Part shown: one piece after another, positions 56,728-64,000 of the stretch
Layout: the number at the start of each line of letters is the position of its first letter
Position numbering within the stretch: position 1 is the stretch's first letter
Source of the DNA: an uncultured Candidatus Saccharibacteria bacterium
GTDB lineage: Bacteria > Patescibacteriota > Minisyncoccia > Portnoybacterales > UBA2143
Reading direction: 5' to 3'
Assembly (NCBI GenBank): GCA_964472495.1
Contig: CAYYLD010000002.1
Span: forward strand, 27,949 to 91,948
Length of the DNA: 64,000 nt
Program-made: the position numbers and the translations under genes
Notes under the pieces: model-generated
Database searches by the model: none
What the model was told of the DNA's origin: nothing
The model's input: the letters and a program-made list of their open reading frames with translations, nothing else

Positions 56728-57483
56728 TCAACCAGTCTTCTCACCAATCAACTTCCTATATTCACAATACTCGCAATTCTGGCCGGCGGCCGGAATTTGC
56801 TCGGAATCCAGGCACTTTTTAATTTCCAAAAGAGTCGGTTCAATCCATCTATCATCTCCCTGATGAGGAATAATCATTAATTCGAACTCCAGCCGGCCGT
56901 CAAATTGAGGCCGGTTTTTCCCGGCATTGGCAAAAACAAAATAGCCGGTCGGCGAAACCTTAAAACCCTTTTTCCGGAAAATCCATTGATAAATTTCCAT
57001 CTGTTGTTTATAACTCTGTTTGTATTCATCCTCTAGGGATATCTCCTTGCTGGTGCTGGTTGCTTTATAGTCAACAATCAAAAGTTCCTTGTCTTTATTA
57101 ATCCAAACATCATCAATAATGCCGCAAATTTCCAGATTAGTTGGCTGGTCTAAAACACAAGCCCCGACATATTGATAAACATCATCCCGCCAAATAGGCA
57201 AATCCGGATGTTTAAAGGGTACCGCGTCAATCTTGTATTTCTTCATCAGCTCATGGGCCTCGCCATTCTTGCGCAATAAATCAAATTCATTCTTCAAAAG
57301 CTGGTCCACAGCCGAGTTCAAAGGCCAGCCAGGCATACTCGGCCGGCTCAGACCGATTCTTCTGTCTATATAAAAACAGCGGGGACACTCTAAAAACATG
57401 CTAATCTTTGACCGACTAATCCTAAAAGGATTCTTTGCCCCCGGCTGATAAAGATTATTTTCTCTCTGTCGGTATTTGTTCAT
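56728..57483 (-). CDS. PD-(D/E)XK nuclease family protein, Cas4-like with four Cys
   Basis: LLIVDYKATS motif, N-terminal CPRC and C-terminal CEYCEY. Confidence 0.5.
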   Translation of the reverse strand: MNKYRQRENNLYQPGAKNPFRISRSKISMFLECPRCFYIDRRIGLSRPSMPGWPLNSAVDQLLKNEFDLLRKNGEAHELMKKYKIDAVPFKHPDLPIWRDDVYQYVGACVLDQPTNLEICGIIDDVWINKDKELLIVDYKATSTSKEISLEDEYKQSYKQQMEIYQWIFRKKGFKVSPTGYFVFANAGKNRPQFDGRLEFELMIIPHQGDDRWIEPTLLEIKKCLDSEQIPAAGQNCEYCEYRKLIGEKTG

Positions 57484-57531
57484 AATTTTTTAGTTCTATT
57501 TACTATTCCGGCTCGCCGGCTCGCCCTAAAA

Positions 57532-57873
57532 TTATAACCAGATAATTAAAAAACCGGCCAGGCCAATAACTATATCCCAAATTTTATCAAGGGTCGACTC
57601 TCTTCTGAAAAGATAGTTGGAAATAGCCAGTTCGAAAAACTCATAAGCTATTAATATGACTAGAACTAGCAACCAGGCGTAGTCAACAAAAATACAATGG
57701 GAGAAAACAAACCCCAAAATCAATCCGGAAGTAAAATGGACAAAGCTCCATCTATCCAGATAAAAATACTTTTTCTGACAGATGATTTTAGCCATCCATC
57801 TTTGCAGCCGATTGGAAAATACTGGTCTTTCACCCATGTTTGCTATTATATCAGAAAACCGCCGCTCGGCCAA
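57532..57873 (-). CDS. Hypothetical membrane protein, 113 aa
   Basis: Two to three TM segments. TGATATAAT lies 7 nt upstream of the ATG, so the transcript looks leaderless. Confidence 0.45.
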   Translation of the reverse strand: MAERRFSDIIANMGERPVFSNRLQRWMAKIICQKKYFYLDRWSFVHFTSGLILGFVFSHCIFVDYAWLLVLVILIAYEFFELAISNYLFRRESTLDKIWDIVIGLAGFLIIWL

Positions 57874-57983
57874 AGATTAATCAGTGGTTTTTAGCATATA
57901 AAAAAGGAGTCGCTAAAGAAAATAGCAACCCCATTGTTCGGCCTTAAACCATAGCCAATACCTCCGATGAATATCGTGAGCAG

Positions 57984-58235
57984 TCACTGCTCTAAATGTT
58001 TCTCTACTATCTTCTTTATCTTTGGCAGCTTATCGTCCCAGAAATTCCAATTGTTACCAGATTCGGTGACGATTGATATCTCTCTGAATGAACCGGGCTC
58101 CGTAGAGAAACATATAACCCCTTCAATACTCTTATCTATCTCTTCTATTATCTCAGCCGCCATCTGAACAGGCACCTCTTCGTTAAAAATAACCTTTGCC
58201 CTGTCGAGGACAACACTATAATTTCCTTCTGACAT
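57984..58235 (-). CDS. Hypothetical acidic protein, 83 aa
   Basis: RBS AAAAAGGAGGGAATAAAA. Confidence 0.45.
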   Translation of the reverse strand: MSEGNYSVVLDRAKVIFNEEVPVQMAAEIIEEIDKSIEGVICFSTEPGSFREISIVTESGNNWNFWDDKLPKIKKIVEKHLEQ

Positions 58236-58319
58236 TTTTATTCCCTCCTTTTTTTATTTTTTTTCTGTCCTTTTTTAGAACCAAAAAATGTTAGCGAACT
58301 GAATTTATCAATTAAAATA

Positions 58320-58348
58320 AGCATGCCATAGAAGCATGCTCGTGTCAA
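58320..58348 (-). promoter_or_regulatory. Conserved-module promoter ATTGACA-N17-CATGCT, followed by a conserved 5'UTR
   Basis: The UTR block GTTAGCGAACTGAATTTAT at 58291-58309 is shared with 59400-59418. Confidence 0.45.
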
Positions 58349-58404
58349 TATCTCGTTGGGACATTCACTAGTGATTCCATTTTCTGTAAAACCTACTTAT
58401 ACTT

Positions 58405-58746
58405 TTATTTTAATCTAAAAACAATCAAACCGAGTTTATCAATTTTTTCCCTATAATCCGGAAAACTGAAATAAACTTTTTTCATCTGCTCAATTGAATC
58501 AACAAAAGGCATAATCTTTTTAAAATCAATCGTCTTGGTCATTTCTTCAATCGTTTTATAGTATTCAACCTTTTTCACCTTTTTCTCCAATTTTTCATTA
58601 CCGCAGACAAAAACCAAAATATCACCCTCTTTTATTTTACGGTACGCATTTATGGCTGCCCGGCTCTCAATTGTTTTCCGCCCTTCCTTGATTGCCCCAA
58701 AAAAAACCTTATCCACCTGCCTTATTTTTAAACTATGCTTTTTCAT
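58405..58746 (-). CDS. ASCH (PUA-like) domain protein
   Basis: KVFFGAIKEGRKTIESR...EGDILVF...VEYYKTIEEM pattern. Confidence 0.6.
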   Translation of the reverse strand: MKKHSLKIRQVDKVFFGAIKEGRKTIESRAAINAYRKIKEGDILVFVCGNEKLEKKVKKVEYYKTIEEMTKTIDFKKIMPFVDSIEQMKKVYFSFPDYREKIDKLGLIVFRLK

Positions 58747-58758
58747 TATTCTATCTTA

Positions 58759-58786
58759 CCAAAAAACCGCCCCTTTGGCGATTTCT
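58759..58786 (-). terminator. Conserved terminator hairpin module
   Basis: GAAATCGCCAAAGGGGCGGTTTTTTGG on the minus strand. It is followed by TAAGATAGAATA immediately before the ATG. Confidence 0.55.
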
Positions 58787-58885
58787 TTTAAAAAAAGGAG
58801 CTTATTTGTTAAATTAAAAAGCAGGGACATTGTCTAATATCCCCGCTAACAAATCTTCGGTCAATGACGGCAAGTGCTATGGTTA

Positions 58886-59368
58886 TCATAAGTGAGTTCT
58901 CATAATCTTCAGCCAACCCTTAATGTTCCTCCAAATCTCTCTTTCGGTGAGTAATGCGAATTGTTTTAAGCTATCAAGATGCCATTTTCTCAATTCCCTC
59001 TCTGTAACAAGACGGTAATCACTATCACTTCGGTTTGCCGGATAATCAGCATCGATCCAATCATAAAGAGAAATCCTGTCCCCTATTTTTCTTAAAACCA
59101 AACTACCTACATTATCACGCCGGTGAGGCTGAGGATAAAGGGCGTTGAATTTATCAAGAACCATTATTGCCCTACCAGAATCATTGAGAAAAGAGAGTAT
59201 CGGTTCAGTATTTGCAACTTTATTGAGAAGTTCAAGATTTCTTACTGCCATAGAAAATAGCTCTACTGGGAAATAAGTCGGTTCTTTCTCAACCCTTTTC
59301 CTTATTTTCTTCCCTTGCCGTAGCAAAAGGATCTCTCTTTGAATATCTTCCGGTATTTTTATTGTCAT
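58886..59368 (-). CDS. Hypothetical protein, 160 aa
   Basis: RBS AAAAGGAGAGTGCC. Confidence 0.45.
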   Translation of the reverse strand: MTIKIPEDIQREILLLRQGKKIRKRVEKEPTYFPVELFSMAVRNLELLNKVANTEPILSFLNDSGRAIMVLDKFNALYPQPHRRDNVGSLVLRKIGDRISLYDWIDADYPANRSDSDYRLVTERELRKWHLDSLKQFALLTEREIWRNIKGWLKIMRTHL

Positions 59369-59431
59369 GGCACTCTCCTTTTTAAATTACTATTTAAATT
59401 GTTAGCGAACTGAATTTATTAATTTAAAATA

Positions 59432-59460
59432 AACATACCATGAAAGTACGCTTGCGTCAA
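59432..59460 (-). promoter_or_regulatory. Conserved-module promoter ATTGACG-N17-TATGTT
   Basis: Family member, with the shared 5'UTR block. Confidence 0.45.
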
Positions 59461-59502
59461 TTTCTTATTCTGTCTAAAAAAACTGCCTATCCCGTCAAGA
59501 TT

Positions 59503-59537
59503 CACCAAAAAAACCGCCCTTTTGGCGATTTTTTTAT
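59503..59537 (-). terminator. Conserved terminator hairpin module
   Basis: AAAAAAATCGCCAAAAGGGCGGTTTTTTTGG on the minus strand. Confidence 0.55.
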
Positions 59538-59554
59538 AAACACTCAACTTTACT

Positions 59555-60100
59555 CTACGGCTCATAATTCTTAATAAATAGAGTTGGTCCTCGCCAGTAC
59601 TCCAATTTTGTCCGGCCTTGCCTTTCTTTCCAATATCCTGGAAATGATTTGCCTTGTTTAAAAGGAGCAATACAGATAGCCAAATGGAGATGGGCATCTT
59701 CCCACCAACCATTTTCTTGTGTCCAAGCCGGAGCTATTATCCCGATTCTTTGACCTAATTCTACTTTAGTCCCTTTCTTAACCAATCTCTTGCCCAGATG
59801 CCCATAAAGAGAAAAGAATACATTTCTTGTTTTGGGGTCTTTATGAGCAATAATAATGATGTTGCCCCAATTACGATGACCACCCTGTTTAGGACTTTTT
59901 TTGCTGGCATAAAGAGCAGAATAAACTACTTTTCCCCTGCCTATGGATTTAACTATAGTTCCGGCTTTAATATTACAATCTTCGCCCAAATGCAATCCCC
60001 AATCTATTCCATCATAAATACATCTTTCCTTAAATTTATAACTGTTCACTTCCCATTTCTTAAATGGAAAATCTAGTTTAGGAGTATAGAGATAAGCCAT
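59555..60100 (-). CDS. M23 family metallopeptidase (LytM domain)
   Basis: HLGED (HxxxD) and AHLHLAI (HxH) motifs. The 59419-59712 ORF that overlaps it is spurious. Confidence 0.7.
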   Translation of the reverse strand: MAYLYTPKLDFPFKKWEVNSYKFKERCIYDGIDWGLHLGEDCNIKAGTIVKSIGRGKVVYSALYASKKSPKQGGHRNWGNIIIIAHKDPKTRNVFFSLYGHLGKRLVKKGTKVELGQRIGIIAPAWTQENGWWEDAHLHLAICIAPFKQGKSFPGYWKERQGRTKLEYWRGPTLFIKNYEP

Positions 60101-60124
60101 ATCACTATTCTACCCCCTCAAATT

Positions 60125-60154
60125 ATTCAGAGCAAGCAAAAAACCGCCCAAAAG
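60125..60154 (-). terminator. Conserved terminator hairpin module
   Basis: AAAAAATCGCCTTTTGGGCGGTTTTTTG on the minus strand. TAGAAT sits 6 nt before the ATG of the 59555 gene. Confidence 0.55.
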
Positions 60155-60265
60155 GCGATTTTTTATCCAGTTCCCCGAAAAATTATCAAGAACACATCTT
60201 TATCAAATTCTAAATAATAGAAAGACCGTGGCGTATAATCACCACGGCCTCAGTCAACCACGTCT

Positions 60266-60718
60266 TCATTTGAAGGATATAGGGTCAACTTCAATAAGCT
60301 TTTTTAGGTCGCCCTCGAATATGGGAAGGTCACGAGACCAAAAATGACTTCTGAATCCAGCCATTTTCCTTACAAAAAGATGATCTCTTTCAACACGCAA
60401 TCCAGAAACACCAATGGCCCCTAGGAATTGCCGTTGACAATCAGGATATCTGCCCATTTTCCAGTATATCCTTGATCCCCCCTTAATTCTTCCACCGTCC
60501 AGCGCCCGCTTGGCCCTGGCGTACGATTTTTTTAAAGAGCCACCTCTATGCTCCGCAAGATTGTTTCCGTTTTTGACAATAACCACATTAGATTCCCTGC
60601 CTAGGACAACAACAAAAGGGTCGATATCTACGTTTAATTCCGACCAAATACAGTTTATCTTGCCAAAAACCAACCGCAATTGCATCTCATCCATACTATC
60701 CACCTCCCTTATAATCAT
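60266..60718 (-). CDS. Hypothetical protein, 150 aa
   Basis: RBS AAGGGAGGTGGATAGT. Confidence 0.45.
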   Translation of the reverse strand: MIIREVDSMDEMQLRLVFGKINCIWSELNVDIDPFVVVLGRESNVVIVKNGNNLAEHRGGSLKKSYARAKRALDGGRIKGGSRIYWKMGRYPDCQRQFLGAIGVSGLRVERDHLFVRKMAGFRSHFWSRDLPIFEGDLKKLIEVDPISFK

Positions 60719-60733
60719 TTTGTACTAAAAACA

Positions 60734-60762
60734 AGTATACCATTAAAATATACTTATGTCAA
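60734..60762 (-). promoter_or_regulatory. Conserved-module promoter ATTGACA-N17-TATACT
   Basis: Best match to the sigma70 consensus in the family. Confidence 0.5.
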
Positions 60763-60772
60763 TATTCCATCT

Positions 60773-60804
60773 TATCAAAAAACCGCCCCCCTGGCGATTT
60801 TATT
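60773..60804. terminator. Conserved terminator hairpin module. It also serves the plus-strand methyltransferase region.
   Basis: AAAAAACCGCCCCCCTGGCGATTTTATT on the plus strand. Confidence 0.5.
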
Positions 60805-60861
60805 CAAAAACAAAAGTTCGACTAAATAAAATAAAAATGGTAAAATAAACTGAAAAATTAT

Positions 60862-61485
60862 ATGAGATCTAGTTACAGATTAAAGCCTAATACTACTTTA
60901 GAAAAATTTCTGCCTTTAATTCCAAAAGGTAGAGCTCTTGATATTGGAGCCGGCCAAGGAAGAAATAGCATCTTTTTAGCTAAAAATGGATTTGAGGTAG
61001 AAGCGATTGATCTTATTCCGGAAGGATTAAAAAAATGCCAGGATTTTGCCAAGAAGCACAACTTGGCCATTAAAACAAAAGCTATTGATGTAAGGAAATT
61101 TAAGTTTAAAGAAAATTATTATTCTTTAATTATGGCTAGGGCCGTCTTGGATTTCCTCAAAAAATCAGAGATAGGGACAATCATAGGAAAGATTAGGAAA
61201 TCTCTTGTCCCAGATGGCTTTATTTACTCCTTGGTCTTTTCAACCAAGGACCCGCTCTATTTAAAAATCAAGGGAAAAGGAATCAAAGAAATTGAAGAAA
61301 ATACCTTTTATCTGCCAAAATTTAAAACTTATCGTCACTTTTCTACTAAAACAGAATTAAAAGAAGCAATCAGGAACTTCAAGATTATTTATCTAAATCA
61401 GCGACCAATGAAGGACTATCACGATAAACCGCATTATCACGATATCATAGAGGTAGTCGCTCAAAAGAAAAAGACAACGGAATAA
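60862..61485 (+). CDS. Class I SAM-dependent methyltransferase (TehB-like)
   Basis: ALDIGAGQGRNSIFLAKNGFEVEAIDL. It is the only plus-strand gene in this array. Terminator ACAACGG-N6-CCGTTG + T6 at 61486-61500. Confidence 0.7.
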   Translation: MRSSYRLKPNTTLEKFLPLIPKGRALDIGAGQGRNSIFLAKNGFEVEAIDLIPEGLKKCQDFAKKHNLAIKTKAIDVRKFKFKENYYSLIMARAVLDFLKKSEIGTIIGKIRKSLVPDGFIYSLVFSTKDPLYLKIKGKGIKEIEENTFYLPKFKTYRHFSTKTELKEAIRNFKIIYLNQRPMKDYHDKPHYHDIIEVVAQKKKTTE

Positions 61486-61498
61486 CCCGTTGCCTTTT

Positions 61499-61747
61499 TT
61501 AACCAGAAAGATTGTACCAACATTGAGGGTCATGACTAAAGAAAGAACCAGAAAAACCATAAGCTACAGCTCCACATCCCCGATAAGTGTAAAGCAAAGG
61601 ACATCTTTTGCATTTTTCATATTGGTTTAGATCTCTATATTCATTTAGCTTTTCAGAATCTATAAATAAATCTATTAGTTTTTGTTCTGGTACTTTCCCT
61701 ATCAAGCTAGAGAAACGACGACAAGCATAAACACTTCCGTCAGTCAC
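61499..61747 (-). pseudogene. C-terminal SPASM/twitch-domain fragment of a radical SAM enzyme (truncated remnant)
   Basis: PC...CKRCPLLYTYRGCGAVAY...HDPQCWY matches the SPASM CxxCx5CxxGC...DPxC motif. An ~82-aa ORF is present with no radical SAM core upstream; only 285 bp lie before the next gene. Confidence 0.5.
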
Positions 61748-62032
61748 CGACTGAGACGATTTTCGAACTTATCTTATAAAAAAAGAAATATATTTTCATT
61801 CCCGCAAGATGATAAAAGGGTCATCCCTTGCATAAGATAACCCTTTGTTAATTTAGGCCACAGACTTTACGAATTGACATCTAGTTCCCTTACTCTTATC
61901 CAACCACCGACATCGTCCGGATTCATTTCCAAAAAATCTTCGTTGCTTATAATATTACCGGTCTGTTTTCGTATCAAGCTTTCTCAAGATGTAATTTCAT
62001 CCCGACGATTAGGCATAGGTAAGCCCCTTTAT

Positions 62033-62596
62033 CTATTTTCCGATGACACGATTAATTGCATAAGAACCATCTAAGTTAGTTTCCACTCTGTATCCCGCTT
62101 CATCCCCTTCGCCTTCAGCAATCGCCGGGGGAAAATTTGGAATAAATCCATGAATCCATAGGCCGTGTTTTCGGCTGATTCTTTCTAAATCCGCCGCGAA
62201 AGCAAGCATTCTGGACTTTAGAGTTTTTTTTCCCCAATGCAGATCCGGCCATATGGCCTGGGCTTTTCTTGAGATAGAATCAATATCTACTTCGCTAACA
62301 GACCCGGCAGTCATAAGATCTTTCTCATTAATCTGTTGGACTTTATAGGGGGGTAAAATACCAAACGGTTTTCCAAGTTCGCCTTCGGTCACCGGACCTC
62401 TCGCATCCCAATACATTCCATCAGAGCCAATAAGAACGGCGTGAGAGATTACATCCCCCTCCATCAAACCGATTATTGGCCAATTCAATCCTCGAGAAAG
62501 CGCGATAGCAAAGGTATAGCATTGACATCGTCCTTCTACCAAGAAGCGAAGTTCCTCGCGATCTTCTGGCTTTAATCTTTTAAACTCTATTGTCAT
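62033..62596 (-). CDS. Hypothetical protein, 187 aa
   Basis: RBS AAGAAGGAGGATACC. Confidence 0.45.
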   Translation of the reverse strand: MTIEFKRLKPEDREELRFLVEGRCQCYTFAIALSRGLNWPIIGLMEGDVISHAVLIGSDGMYWDARGPVTEGELGKPFGILPPYKVQQINEKDLMTAGSVSEVDIDSISRKAQAIWPDLHWGKKTLKSRMLAFAADLERISRKHGLWIHGFIPNFPPAIAEGEGDEAGYRVETNLDGSYAINRVIGK

Positions 62597-62648
62597 GGTA
62601 TCCTCCTTCTTATTTTTAGTTTCTATAACAATCTTAAGAACTAAAAAA

Positions 62649-62677
62649 AGAATGACACACCAATATTATTCTGTCAA
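62649..62677 (-). promoter_or_regulatory. Conserved-module promoter ATTGACA-N17-CATTCT
   Basis: Family member. Confidence 0.4.
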
Positions 62678-62694
62678 TGACATTATCCATTCTA

Positions 62695-62724
62695 CCAAAA
62701 AACCGCCCAAAAGGCGATTTTTTA
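62695..62724 (-). terminator. Conserved terminator hairpin module
   Basis: AAAAAATCGCCTTTTGGGCGGTTTTTTGG on the minus strand, followed by TAGAATGG. Confidence 0.55.
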
Positions 62725-62788
62725 TCTTTCTTATACATTTAAATCCTAACTAATCTCTCCAGCCAAAAAAGACGCTCGTTTTTCCTTT

Positions 62789-63496
62789 TCATCTCATCGC
62801 TTTTTTCTTCAAAGGCGCGGGCATTTTTTCGATGGCGTAACGCAAGGCCGTCCGCGGCATCTCATCTTTCCTTTTTATTACAAAATCAAAAACTTCCTTT
62901 TGAAAATTATTACTTGCCTCTTTAAGCATCCAACCATAACCTTTTTGAACCAAATCCTCTTTATCCTTCAAAAGAATTTCGGCAATTTTAAGGACAGGGA
63001 TCAATTCTTTTCTATTTTTCACAGAATAGATCAAGGACACGGCCGCCGCCCGACGCAGCCATAAATTCTTTGATTTGGCCCATTTTTCCGTTTTTTTTAC
63101 AAAACGCGGAAAATAATATAGGAAATACCCTAAAGCGTGAGTGCATAAATTATCACAAGAGTCCCATGAATCAACATATTTTCTGAGCCAGTTTTCAAAT
63201 ACTTTAAAATCTTCGGCCGCGTATTTTTTCCGCAGACGGAAAGCCCAGTCAAAAGAAATTTCCGTCCCGCCGATAATTTTAGCTTGAAGAAGCTCGTCGC
63301 ACAAACCAAAAATCTCTTTTTTTCCCAGCGTTTTTATTTCGTTAAAATATTTTGAAGAAATTTTCTTCAGGACAGGACTGGCAATGCCAAGGTGAACTTT
63401 TTTGTCTTTATAGAATCTGGAATAATCTTTACAGATGGCCGGATCCTTAACCAATCGGCCTAATTCTTTTCTCAACTGTTTAACGACTTCTTTCAT
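62789..63496 (-). CDS. DNA alkylation repair protein (AlkD/AlkC-like HEAT-repeat DNA glycosylase family)
   Basis: NLWLRRAAAVSLIYSV...DLVQKGYGWMLKEASNNF pattern of the DNA_alkylation family. TGATAGAAT lies 6 nt before the ATG. Confidence 0.6.
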   Translation of the reverse strand: MKEVVKQLRKELGRLVKDPAICKDYSRFYKDKKVHLGIASPVLKKISSKYFNEIKTLGKKEIFGLCDELLQAKIIGGTEISFDWAFRLRKKYAAEDFKVFENWLRKYVDSWDSCDNLCTHALGYFLYYFPRFVKKTEKWAKSKNLWLRRAAAVSLIYSVKNRKELIPVLKIAEILLKDKEDLVQKGYGWMLKEASNNFQKEVFDFVIKRKDEMPRTALRYAIEKMPAPLKKKAMR

Positions 63497-63506
63497 ACTT
63501 TTATTC

Positions 63507-63533
63507 TATCAAAAAACCGCCCCCTTGGCGATT
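63507..63533 (-). terminator. Conserved terminator hairpin module
   Basis: TAATCGCCAAGGGGGCGGTTTTTTGATAGAAT on the minus strand. Confidence 0.55.
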
Positions 63534-63537
63534 AAAT

Positions 63538-64000
63538 CTACTTTTCTTTTTTGTGTAGTGTTTTTTCAAAACTAAATAAAAATTTATCTAAATCGCTTTT
63601 TAAAATTTTACTCATTTTTTGTTCGATTTGTTTATCACGATTTGTTCTACGGATACTTAATATATCCATTATCGCCTGTTTACCCTTTAATTCAATAATA
63701 TATTTCACTATTAAGTATGATATCTTATATCCCTCATGTTCAGCTACGTTAAGCCAGGGTATCGTGGGATTAATAAGTATTTTGTTTTCCTTAAACCACT
63801 CCCAGTCTTCCTTTTTGACTATATTATTATAAACATTCTCTCCTTCTACATACTGACAAACTCCTTCGTTCGCCCAAGCAAAACATCTTTTATTAATCTG
63901 ACTTACAAATGCATGGGCAGTTTCGTGAATAATAGTTGGTAAAATTTCATGTTTTTTATGAGTTGTAAGTTTTTCAAAAACCAACGGACTGAAAATATAT
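63538..64000 (-). CDS. HExxH-motif hypothetical protein (putative small metallopeptidase-like). The N-terminus lies beyond the window end.
   Basis: IIHETAHAF motif. The frame stays open to position 64000. The ORF-track start is a TTG. Confidence 0.4.
   Translation of the reverse strand, partial: YIFSPLVFEKLTTHKKHEILPTIIHETAHAFVSQINKRCFAWANEGVCQYVEGENVYNNIVKKEDWEWFKENKILINPTIPWLNVAEHEGYKISYLIVKYIIELKGKQAIMDILSIRRTNRDKQIEQKMSKILKSDLDKFLFSFEKTLHKKEK

Noticed and set aside
59419-59712. 97-aa ORF overlapping the M23 peptidase gene
   Set aside because: Same-strand overlap of 158 nt with a well-supported gene. Its N-terminal part is encoded by the conserved terminator and promoter module.
55784-63533. 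Regularly recurring near-identical hairpins that might suggest a CRISPR array or integron attC sites
   Set aside because: Spacing is 0.6-2.9 kb and each interval holds whole genes, so it is not a repeat-spacer array. The hairpins lack the attC R/L core (GTTRRRY). The cassettes carry their own promoters. No integrase or attI is adjacent.

Overview
This 64 kb window is a low-GC (~40%) bacterial chromosome segment. Its gene content and compaction are those of a small-genome organism, possibly CPR/Patescibacteria-like; that placement is an inference.

Core, housekeeping content:
- A chaperone operon grpE-hsp20-dnaK-(membrane ORF)-dnaJ.
- aspS, then the cell-wall cluster dacB-like/mraY/murD/ftsW/murG, then gltX.
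- A Xer-type tyrosine recombinase, rpmA, and pyrG-rplI-acyP.
- A cell-envelope glycosylation cluster on the minus strand: glycosyltransferase, S41 protease, two GT2 enzymes, an LCP protein and an O-antigen-ligase-like protein.
- dnaG-rpoD, a Nudix/MazG/Nudix triad, and two tandem SGNH hydrolases.
- htpX-lemA and groES-groEL.
- Two tRNAs: Lys-UUU (plus strand) and Ser-GGA (minus strand).
- A partial CorA Mg2+ transporter gene runs off the left edge; the ORF track missed it.

Several ORF-track starts use TTG/GTG or run into the neighbouring gene. I re-placed the starts of gltX, rpmA, dnaG, lemA, the dnaK-adjacent membrane ORF and others.

Accessory and unusual content:
1. A structured intergenic repeat of about 180 bp occurs in three copies (5.5, 10.2 and 33.7 kb). 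Its outer stems differ between copies but stay self-complementary within each copy.
2. A 2.8 kb cassette at 46.4-49.2 kb is bounded by ~135 bp terminal inverted repeats that are about 95% identical. The repeats are built from AGGG-N3-CCCT mini-palindromes and direct sub-repeats. The cargo is a 522-aa HTH protein and a CxxCxxCC (YkgJ-like) protein, with no recognisable transposase.
3. From 53.8 to 64 kb there is a modular array of small minus-strand genes: Mth938, B3/4, ASCH, M23 peptidase, a Cas4-like nuclease, an AlkD-like glycosylase, a radical-SAM SPASM fragment and an HExxH protein. The genes are separated by nine near-identical terminator hairpins (eight full, one partial) and seven conserved ATTGACA-N17-TATGCT-type promoters. 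Some genes appear to be leaderless.
4. A shared inverted repeat (AGTCGC-N4-GGCGACT) lies at matched distance upstream of hsp20 and htpX. It is a candidate heat-shock operator; CIRCE is absent.

No CRISPR array, integron or recognisable transposase was seen.
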